Of a stretch of 64,000 nt of DNA, positions 56,663 to 64,000 are shown one piece after another. The stretch is from Prevotella sp. (GTDB lineage Bacteria > Bacteroidota > Bacteroidia > Bacteroidales > Muribaculaceae), in assembly GCA_023666665.1 (NCBI GenBank), contig JAMPBN010000001.1, forward strand, positions 521,642-585,641, written 5' to 3'. The first letter of the stretch is position 1; every line of letters starts with the position of its first letter. A program made the position numbers and the translations under genes. The notes under the pieces are model-generated. The model was not told the DNA's origin, did not search any database, and worked only from the letters and a program-made list of their open reading frames with translations.

Positions 56663-57814
56663 TCAGAATCTCACGCCCGCCTTGAGCGTGAAAAATTCTG
56701 AGGCCATAAGAAAAGAGTAGCCGCTGTTGAAGAGGAAGATACCGGTAGCGCGGCCCTGAAGATTGGCAAAAAAGGCGCGGTGGTTGTAGACGAGGCTCAC
56801 GCGGCCGTCAAGGTTCACGGCAACCATTTCAGAGGCCGAGGGCTTGTCTTTGATGAGTGAACGCCTGAATCCCATTCCCGGCAGAATGGTGAAGTTTATC
56901 AGCCAGTTGTGGGGCAGGGCAAAATTATGGGCGTAGCCGCCTTGAACGCAGATGTCGTGAAATTTATATTTGTTGAGCAGCGGGAGTTGCTCGGGCTTGT
57001 ATGAGAGCACATCGGCGGGCAAATCGGTGAAGTCCATCATCAGATATTGGCTGATGTAGCGAACCCCGACGAGCCAGCTCCCGGCGCTGCGTTTCTGATA
57101 TTTCGAGTAGCTGTAGGCCGCAGCCTGGGAGTATTTGCGGAAGTTAAAAAAGTAATATGCGTTGATCATCAGCTGCTCGTTGCTGGTGTTGTCGAGGGGC
57201 AGATGAATGCGGCGGCCTTCGGAGTATTTTGCAAATCGGTCAATGTAGGTGCCTCCATGGATGCTTTGCTGCGTGATTTCGGCCGAGAAGCGTGCGCAGG
57301 TGAACTGGAAATTGAAAGTGGAGCGCGGGGAGTTGTTGCGGCCTATCAGCTCGTTGATGTTCCAGGTGTAGCCGATGCTCACGGCCATAAAGCTCAACCG
57401 TGCGCCCAAATCGTAGCCGAGATTGGAGCGGATGCTCACGAGGTCGGCCTTGTCGGGCGACTGTATGTCAAAGAGATAGCCATAGCGCTGCATCTCGTTG
57501 GTGGAGTCGATGATGAACTTCCAGTTCTTGCCGGTGCCCACCACGTAGGCCGTGTCATAGCGGTTGAAAGTTTCGTCGGCCCAGTTGTAGACCTTGCAGC
57601 AAAAGTTCATGAAGCGCGGGTAGTGGATGCGCGGGTCGTTGATGTTGAACCCGGAGCGCCAAAGCTGTTGCGCCCAATTGCCGGGCAGTGGCAGAGTGTC
57701 GGAAGAGGCTTTAGGGTGTTCATCGTCAAGCTCAACTTCGAAATCCACCTCTTGAGCGGCGACGCTGACGCTGATACAAAATAGCAGAGATAATATAAAA
57801 ATGAATCTTTTCAC
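56663..57814 (-). CDS. Hypothetical secreted protein, possibly an outer-membrane beta-barrel (DUF4421-like, identification uncertain).
   Basis: Signal peptide (MKRFIFILSLLFCISVSVAAQ), alternating aromatic/hydrophilic beta-strand-like pattern, and a C-terminus ...FTLKAGVRF. No catalytic motif was recognised. Confidence 0.4.
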   Translation of the reverse strand: MKRFIFILSLLFCISVSVAAQEVDFEVELDDEHPKASSDTLPLPGNWAQQLWRSGFNINDPRIHYPRFMNFCCKVYNWADETFNRYDTAYVVGTGKNWKFIIDSTNEMQRYGYLFDIQSPDKADLVSIRSNLGYDLGARLSFMAVSIGYTWNINELIGRNNSPRSTFNFQFTCARFSAEITQQSIHGGTYIDRFAKYSEGRRIHLPLDNTSNEQLMINAYYFFNFRKYSQAAAYSYSKYQKRSAGSWLVGVRYISQYLMMDFTDLPADVLSYKPEQLPLLNKYKFHDICVQGGYAHNFALPHNWLINFTILPGMGFRRSLIKDKPSASEMVAVNLDGRVSLVYNHRAFFANLQGRATGIFLFNSGYSFLMASEFFTLKAGVRF

Positions 57815-58749
57815 CTCAATAACTCAAGTGCTTTTGTCAGTAAATCAGGGTCGTCGTAGTTGAGCCAATGAAGATGATGACCGCGCCGCTCCATTCCCCG
57901 GAACCAGGTCATCTGCCGCTTGGCAAACTGATGTATGGCTATTTCGAGTCCGCGAAACATCTCGTCGTAGCCAATCTGACCGATGGCATATTGGGTAAGG
58001 AATTTGTATTCGAGTCCATAATATATAAGGTCATCGGGCGCGATGCCGCTGTCAAGCAGTCGGCGCACCTCGTCAACCATTCCGGCATCGATGCGCGCTT
58101 GGAGGCGCTGCGATATGCGGCGACGGCGCTCCTCTCGGTCAATATTGAGCGCTATGATTACTGCCGGGCGTGGCCGGGGTTCGGCCTGGGCGGCTGCTTC
58201 GGGATGCGCGGCGTAGAACGTCTGAATCTCAATGCCGCGGATGGCGCGGGCCGGGGTGTCAACGTCGGTGGTGTTGTGTAAAGTCTTCATCGCGGCGAGC
58301 ATTTCAGTGAGTTCGGCAAGCGACTTGCCGCGAAGTTCGGCCCGCAGCTGAGGATTTTCGGGAACTTCGGGGAGCCGCAGGCCGTTGATCAGCGACTCAA
58401 CGTATAGCCCGGTGCCGCCGCATACTATCGGCCGTGCGCTTCGCGACTCTATGTCGTCAATCGCAGCGTTGGCGTCGCGCAGATATTCGTAGAGGTTGTA
58501 TTTTGACCCTGCGGGGGCAATGTCAATGAGGTGGTAGGGTATTGAACCATATTCGTCGAGGTCTTTGCCGGTGCCGAGATCCATATCGCGGTAAACCTGG
58601 CGCGAATCGGCGCTGACTATCTCTGCGTTGCCGAGTGCCGCAGCGAGTTCGACGGCACGTCGCGTTTTGCCACATGCCGTCGGTCCGGTGATTACTATCA
58701 AGGGTTTATTTGCCAAGCTCTTCGTTGAAGAACTGCAGCATGCGGGCAT
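57811..58749 (-). CDS. miaA: tRNA dimethylallyltransferase (isopentenyl transferase).
   Basis: P-loop ...LIVITGPTACGKT and ...IVSADSRQVYRDMDLGTGK.... The N-terminus as drawn overlaps the upstream peptidase by 44 bp, so the true start may be internal. Confidence 0.85.
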   Translation of the reverse strand: MPACCSSSTKSLANKPLIVITGPTACGKTRRAVELAAALGNAEIVSADSRQVYRDMDLGTGKDLDEYGSIPYHLIDIAPAGSKYNLYEYLRDANAAIDDIESRSARPIVCGGTGLYVESLINGLRLPEVPENPQLRAELRGKSLAELTEMLAAMKTLHNTTDVDTPARAIRGIEIQTFYAAHPEAAAQAEPRPRPAVIIALNIDREERRRRISQRLQARIDAGMVDEVRRLLDSGIAPDDLIYYGLEYKFLTQYAIGQIGYDEMFRGLEIAIHQFAKRQMTWFRGMERRGHHLHWLNYDDPDLLTKALELLR

Positions 58750-60892
58750 AAACTACTGCGCGGGTGTTGCAGCCGTAAATGGAGTGGTTCATATTGGGGA
58801 AGAGCAGCATCTGCGGCCAGCGGTTCAGCGAAATCATCTTGGCGGCAAATTCCATGGTGTTGCTAAGATGCACGTTGTCGTCGGCGGTGCCGCTCATCAT
58901 CAGCAGCGGGCAGGTTAGCTTATTGACGCGGTTCATCGGCGCGGACTGCTCGTAGCCCTCGGGATTGGCCTGTGGGGTAGACATATAGCGCTCGGCATAG
59001 ATTGTGTCGTAATAGCGCCAAGATGTCACCGGGGCTACGGCGCAAGCTGCGGCAAATGGCGCGCCCGACGATGCGGCCATGAGCGTCTCATACCCGCCGA
59101 AACTCCAGCCATAGATGCCGATGCGTTTTGAGTCTATGTAGTTGAGGGTCATCAAGTGGCTGAGAAGTGCGGTTTGGCTTTCAGTTTCATAGTAGCCGAG
59201 GTTCTTGTAGACGCATTGTTCAAACTCGCGGCCGCGGGCACCGGTGCCGAGGCCGTCAACGCAAGCAATGATGTAGCCCTGTTGAGCGTAGTATTGCGGC
59301 CAGTCAATTTGCCATTGATTCTTGACTTCTTGTGAGCCGGGGCCGCTGTATTGACTGATGATGCAGGGATATTTCTTTGAGGGATTGAAATCGTTGGGCT
59401 TGACCATCCAGCCGTGAAGTGCAACGCCGTTGAGGTAGAAAACAAAAAATTCGCGTTTGGGAGCCGAGGCAAATTTTGCAGCTGCTGCAGAGTTGTCTTC
59501 GAGAGTGCGTACAGTCTTGTCGTCGGATGTTTTTACCAGGGTATATACCGGCGGAGTGGCTGACGTGGAGTAGTTGAGTACGTAGTAGTTGCAAGCCGAT
59601 GAGAATGTCGCGGATGCCCAGCCCTCTCGGGGAGTGATGAGCTTGTGTGCTTTTTTCTTGCCGTCAACTTTGAAAATCAGGCGGTTGATAGGGTCGCCGG
59701 CACTTTGGTAGTAATATGAGCCGTCGGGCGCGGTGCCGTAATAGGCGGTTATGTCGTAGTTGCCTTCCGTAAGGGCGCCGAGGTCATTGCCGTTGTAATC
59801 AAGACGATAGAGATTGCACCAGCCTGTGCGGTTGCTGAAAATCACCATAGAGTTGGCTTCGAAACTGACGTTCTCGTAACATTCTGGCGTTACCCAAGCG
59901 TTGCTCTTCTCCTGATGGATTTGAGTTGCCACGGTTGAGCGGGGATTTACCGAGTAGAAGTCCAGGCGGTTTTGGTCGCGGTTGAGGGTCAGAACTATGA
60001 GCTTGTCGGCGGTTGGACCGTAGTGGATGCGCGGAATGTATTCAATGTCGGTAGAGGGGAGGGTGATGTCCTTGGTCTTGCGGGTCTCTACGTCATAGCT
60101 GTGGAGCGTCACTTTTGAGTTGGGTTCTCCGGCTACCGGATATTTATAAGTGAACTCGCCGGGATAGAGGGCATATTGCTTCATGGGGTTGCAGGCTCCC
60201 TCATACATTGTGAAGCTGAATGCGGGTACGTTGGTTTCGTTATATTTCAGATATGACAACGCGGAGTTGTCGGGGGCAAACTCCATGGAACGCGAGGTGG
60301 CAAACTCCTCTTCATATGTCCAGTCGGGCACGCCGTTAATTATTGAGTTGACCTTGCCGTCGGTGGTAACGGCTACTTCCGAACCATAGTCAACCTTGTG
60401 GATATAAATGTTGTTGTCGGCGGCCATAAATGCCACCATGCGACTGTCGGGACTGACCACCGGCGATTGCTGCATGTGGTGTTCGGTAGAGAGCGGGCGC
60501 AGGGTGTTGCGCTTGATGTCGAAAATATAATATGCGGCGCGAAATGTGCGGCGATAAATCTGCTCTTTTTCCTGATACACAATCAGCAGCGAGCCATCGG
60601 GGCTGACGGAGTAGCCGTTGATGCGGTCAAGGTGTTTGTCGCCGCGGGTTTTGGCAACGTCGAAAATTGTGGCCGTGAGTTTGCCCGAGGCGGTTTCGTA
60701 TTGGTTGATGGTCTTGCCGTCGGCGCTGAGCTGCAGATAAGTCAAGCCGTCGGGCATAAAGTTGAGCGATGCGGATGTCGAGCCGTTGTTCGGATAAACG
60801 TATTCACTCAATGCGTTGATGTCAACTGTTGCAATCGCCGAGGCAACCATAGCCCCGCAAGCAGTAAGTATGCAAGCAAATATCTTTCTCAT
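58706..60892 (-). CDS. S9 family peptidase, dipeptidyl-peptidase IV-like (beta-propeller plus alpha/beta hydrolase).
   Basis: Signal peptide, a DPP4-like propeller, the catalytic Ser motif GWSFGGY (IGIYGWSFGGYETL), and downstream ...GTADDNVH... (Asp/His). Confidence 0.85.
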   Translation of the reverse strand: MRKIFACILTACGAMVASAIATVDINALSEYVYPNNGSTSASLNFMPDGLTYLQLSADGKTINQYETASGKLTATIFDVAKTRGDKHLDRINGYSVSPDGSLLIVYQEKEQIYRRTFRAAYYIFDIKRNTLRPLSTEHHMQQSPVVSPDSRMVAFMAADNNIYIHKVDYGSEVAVTTDGKVNSIINGVPDWTYEEEFATSRSMEFAPDNSALSYLKYNETNVPAFSFTMYEGACNPMKQYALYPGEFTYKYPVAGEPNSKVTLHSYDVETRKTKDITLPSTDIEYIPRIHYGPTADKLIVLTLNRDQNRLDFYSVNPRSTVATQIHQEKSNAWVTPECYENVSFEANSMVIFSNRTGWCNLYRLDYNGNDLGALTEGNYDITAYYGTAPDGSYYYQSAGDPINRLIFKVDGKKKAHKLITPREGWASATFSSACNYYVLNYSTSATPPVYTLVKTSDDKTVRTLEDNSAAAAKFASAPKREFFVFYLNGVALHGWMVKPNDFNPSKKYPCIISQYSGPGSQEVKNQWQIDWPQYYAQQGYIIACVDGLGTGARGREFEQCVYKNLGYYETESQTALLSHLMTLNYIDSKRIGIYGWSFGGYETLMAASSGAPFAAACAVAPVTSWRYYDTIYAERYMSTPQANPEGYEQSAPMNRVNKLTCPLLMMSGTADDNVHLSNTMEFAAKMISLNRWPQMLLFPNMNHSIYGCNTRAVVYARMLQFFNEELGK

Positions 60893-60924
60893 ATAATAAT
60901 AATCTAACTCCTAACTGCAAACTC

Positions 60925-61890
60925 CTAAAACAGCGTCAGCTGCGCATCCGGGTCGGGTTCGGGGGCTTGTTTGGGGGGCTGATAGCCAAAGTCGGGGTCG
61001 GCAACGTGGCTAACGTGGCCTGCAGGAACACCCCCGGGCAGAAGCCAGTCTACAGAATCAATGTCGGCCGAAGCGTCATTGTTGGGGTCATAAACCGCTG
61101 TTTGTTTGCGCTGACGCGAGCGGCGCTTCTTGGGAGGCGTGGCTGTTTCGCCATCAGCCTCACCGGTGGACTCGCGGCGCTGCTCAAGGGCGGCGTCTAC
61201 TGCCGAACGGCTTTCAAATTCGGCAATTTTTTCAGCCTGCGAGGTGATTTCTGCCTCTTTCGCGCCAATGGTTTCCTTCAAGGATTTGATTTCTTCGTTT
61301 AACTTCTCAATTTCGGAATGGAGTGCCGAGGAGTCGCCCTCGGTGACTTCGGCTACGCGCATCTTGTTCATCAGCGATGAGATGGTAAGCTTGTATTGCT
61401 CTATTTCGCTGTCGAGCTGGTCAATTTTCGCTTCAAGGTCGCGGTTGCGGTCGCTCAGGGCGCGTCGCTGACGTTGTTCGCTCAGCAGCGCGGCTTTCTG
61501 CTCCTCGCGTTTGCCGGCCACTTCCTTACGCTCGGCGCGCAGCGAATCGAGTTCCGATTGCATTTTTGCGCGGTCGCCGGTAAGTTCGCTGACGGCCTTG
61601 CGGCGAGCGCTCTCGGCGAAGTCGGAGAGCGGCTGACCGAGCAACCCTGCCAAGCGGCGGCGCTGCGCATCGCGGTCAATGCACTCTGCCACAATCGGAG
61701 GCAGCTGCGAGTTAATAACCGCGAGGATGGCATCGAGCAGCTCCTCGGGGAGGTCGGCAGACTCTGCAGCGGTTGCCGGTTGCTTCCCGGTGGTTGTCGT
61801 GTTATTTGTTGAAGGGCGGTCAATGTCGTCGAACTCCACTGCGGAGTCCTCGTCGCCGCCAAGCATATTGCGCAAGAATTTCGGTAACAT
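60925..61890 (-). CDS. Hypothetical coiled-coil protein.
   Basis: ATG at 61890 (MLPKFLRNML...). The central ~150 aa are heptad-rich (...SELDSLRAERKEVAGKREEQKAALLSEQRQRRALSDRNRDLEAKIDQLDSEIEQYK...EIEKLNEEIKSLKETIGAKEAEI...), with a basic patch (PPKKRRSRQRKQ). No known domain was recognised. Confidence 0.5.
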   Translation of the reverse strand: MLPKFLRNMLGGDEDSAVEFDDIDRPSTNNTTTTGKQPATAAESADLPEELLDAILAVINSQLPPIVAECIDRDAQRRRLAGLLGQPLSDFAESARRKAVSELTGDRAKMQSELDSLRAERKEVAGKREEQKAALLSEQRQRRALSDRNRDLEAKIDQLDSEIEQYKLTISSLMNKMRVAEVTEGDSSALHSEIEKLNEEIKSLKETIGAKEAEITSQAEKIAEFESRSAVDAALEQRRESTGEADGETATPPKKRRSRQRKQTAVYDPNNDASADIDSVDWLLPGGVPAGHVSHVADPDFGYQPPKQAPEPDPDAQLTLF

Positions 61891-62188
61891 ACCCGCAAAG
61901 TTATGAAAATTATTGCAAAAAAACAAAGAGAGTCGTCATCCCGACGACTCTCTCCGTAACCTTTATCTTAATCTAATACTATGAAAAACACACACTGCAA
62001 AGGTACGCCAATATTTTGAAATAGCAAGAATTTATAAGGGTTTTAACTTTTGTTAACTCCGATGGGCTTAATTCTTGCCCTTGGTTTTGCTATAGCAGAC
62101 GTGTTTGCGACGGCAAAGTTACAAAAGATTTGGATTTTTACATAATTAAATATAACTTTGCGCTATACCAATGAAATAACCAAAGCCA

Positions 62189-64000
62189 TGAAAATAGAAA
62201 TGAAGACGCGCAAATCGCGCCTGAAATTGATTAAGAATGACCCCTGGCTCGAACCTTACTCAGCCGCAATTGAGGGACGGCATCAAGATGCTGTGCGCCG
62301 CGAGGCTGACCTGACGCAACAGGTCGGGTCGCTCAGCGAGTTTGCCAACGCGCATAATTATTTCGGTCTTCATCGTCAGGCCGATGGTTCTTGGATATTC
62401 CGCGAAAATTTGCCTAATGCCACTGCGGCATATCTCATCGGCGACTTTAACGACTTCAAGCCGTCTAAAAAATATGCGCTGAAAAAGCTCAAAGGCAGTT
62501 ATGGCGTTTGGGAGGGAACGTTTCCCGCTGATGCGATTAAACACGGACAGTATTACAAGATGCTTGTAGAGTGGCCCGGCGGCCGCGGCGAGCGCATTCC
62601 GGCGTATGCAACTCGTGTGGTTCAAGCCGAAAATTCGCCGATTTTCTCCGCTCAGGTTTGGGCTCCCGACGCGCCATATAAATGGAAAAAGAAAACTTTC
62701 CGCCCCAACGTTGACCCGCTGCTGATTTATGAATGCCACATCGGCATGGCGCAAGACAAAGAGGGCATCGGCACGTATGAGGAGTTCCGCACAAACATTC
62801 TCCCTCGCATTGCCAAAGACGGCTATAACTGCATACAAATTATGGCCATTCAGGAGCACCCCTATTACGGCTCTTTCGGCTACCACGTCAGCAGTTTCTT
62901 CGCCGCATCAAGCAAGTTCGGCACCCCCGAGGAACTCAAGGCGCTGATTGACGATGCCCACAGCCGCGGCATCGCCGTGATTATGGACATTGTGCACTCC
63001 CACGCAGTGAAAAACGAAGTCGAAGGCATTGCCCGCATCGACGGCACATACGACCTTTACTTCCACCACGATGCCTCGCGCCGCGAACACCCCGCTTGGG
63101 ACTCCCTTTGCTTTGACTACGGCAAGGGCGAAACGCTTCATTTCCTGCTGAGCAACTGCAAGTTCTGGCTCGATGAATATCACTTCGACGGCTTCCGCTT
63201 CGACGGCGTAACCTCGATGCTATATTATAGCCACGGCCTCGGCCAGGCTTTCGGCGGATATGACGACTACTACAACGGCAGCCAAGACACCGATGCCATA
63301 ACCTACCTCACATTGGCCAACAAGCTGATTCACGAGGTCAATCCTCGTGCCATAACCATTGCCGAGGAAATGAGCGGTATGCCGGGCTTAGCAGTGCCGT
63401 TCAAAGATGGCGGCATCGGCTTCAACTACCGCATGGCTATGGGTATTCCCGACTACTGGATTAAGACCCTCAAGGAGAAAAAAGACGAGGACTGGCACCC
63501 GACATCCATATTCTGGGAACTCACCAACCGCCGCGCCGACGAGAAGACAATCAGCTACGTTGAGAGCCACGACCAGGCGCTCGTGGGCGACAAGACGGTG
63601 ATATTCCGACTGATGGATGCAGATATGTATTGGCACATGGCCTTGGAAGACCAAAACCCCATGATTGCCCGCGGTATGGCGCTCCATAAGATGATTCGCC
63701 TGGTTACCTGCGCAACCATCAACGGCGGCTACCTCAACTTCATGGGCAACGAATGGGGCCACCCCGAATGGATAGACTTCCCCCGCGAAGGCAACGGCTG
63801 GAGCTACAAATATGCGCGCCGCCAGTGGGAACTTGTTGACTCCGACTACCTCAAGTACTTCCAGCTCAACAACTTCGACAACGCGATGATTCACCTCATA
63901 GGCGGAGTCAAGGGCTTTGAAAACGAGCCGGTAGTGAAGCTTTGGGAGAAAGACGACGATCAGGTGCTGGCATTCATGCGCGGCGACTTGGTATTCGTGT
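62189..64000 (+). CDS. glgB: 1,4-alpha-glucan branching enzyme, GH13 eukaryote-like subfamily. The N-terminal ~600 aa are present; the gene runs off the window end.
   Basis: Manual translation: MKIEMKTRKSRLKLIKNDPWLEPY...GSYGVWEGTFP...LLIYECHIGMAQDKEGIGTYEEF...GYNCIQIMAIQEHPYYGSFGYHVSSFFA...DIVHSHA...FDGFRFDGVTSMLY...AEEMSGMPGL...ESHDQALVGDKT... These are GH13 catalytic motifs of branching enzymes. It is missing from the ORF track because there is no in-window stop. Confidence 0.9.

Noticed and set aside
1-64000. Search for CRISPR arrays, tRNA/rRNA genes, integrases/transposases and IS inverted repeats.
   Set aside because: No spacer-repeat periodicity, no tRNA cloverleaf-like GC-rich 75-90-nt islands in intergenic DNA, and no recombinase or transposase motifs were seen. 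Gene density is high and intergenic gaps are short. The window appears to be core chromosome apart from the PUL and the toxin-antitoxin pair.

Overview
This looks like a ~64 kb, gene-dense chromosomal segment of a Bacteroidales (Bacteroidota) genome. The evidence is Bacteroidetes-type TAnnTTTG promoter motifs, a SusC/SusD pair, BACON and T9SS C-terminal domains, and almost no Shine-Dalgarno spacing. GC is roughly 50-55%. Calls are motif-level recognition by eye on the six-frame track, without BLAST or HMM searches, so alternate start codons were re-evaluated by hand.

Most of the window is housekeeping, largely in long same-strand operons whose stop and start codons overlap (ATGA/TTGA). Identifiable genes include patB, a short glgA plus a DUF4270-like lipoprotein, an SDR, reverse rubrerythrin, ridA, a YihY/BrkB-family protein, mfd, a YidE/YbjL transporter, an ABC-F ATPase, an S41 C-terminal processing peptidase, a GHL10-like protein, a TPR protein, kdsA, rsmE (TTG start), a NupG-like permease, a DUF151 nuclease, mnmA, guaB, two SurA-like chaperones, rpmB-rpmG plus a DUF4295-like ORF, prmC, recX, comF, a stand-alone receiver domain, rnhB, pflA/pflB, trxA, dnaE, miaA, a DPP4-like S9 peptidase, and a partial glgB at the end.

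The accessory content I would look at first:
- A PUL-like locus at 26.7-40.9 kb. Unusually it opens with two paralogous, repeat-built secreted proteins carrying T9SS-type C-terminal sorting domains. These are followed by SusC, SusD, a DUF1735/F5-8-like lipoprotein and a BACON + F5/8 + M60-like (HEMGH) metallopeptidase, which points to a candidate O-glycoprotein or mucin-targeting system.
- A HepT/MntA toxin-antitoxin pair embedded in a housekeeping operon.
- A Trp/Gly/Tyr-rich tandem-repeat secreted protein encoded next to a FadL-like (NPA-motif) beta-barrel outer membrane protein.
- Recurring 7-bp periodic tandem repeats in short intergenic spacers, with a similar heptamer array plus a palindrome inside the SDR gene.

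No rRNA, tRNA, CRISPR array, integrase or transposase was recognised.
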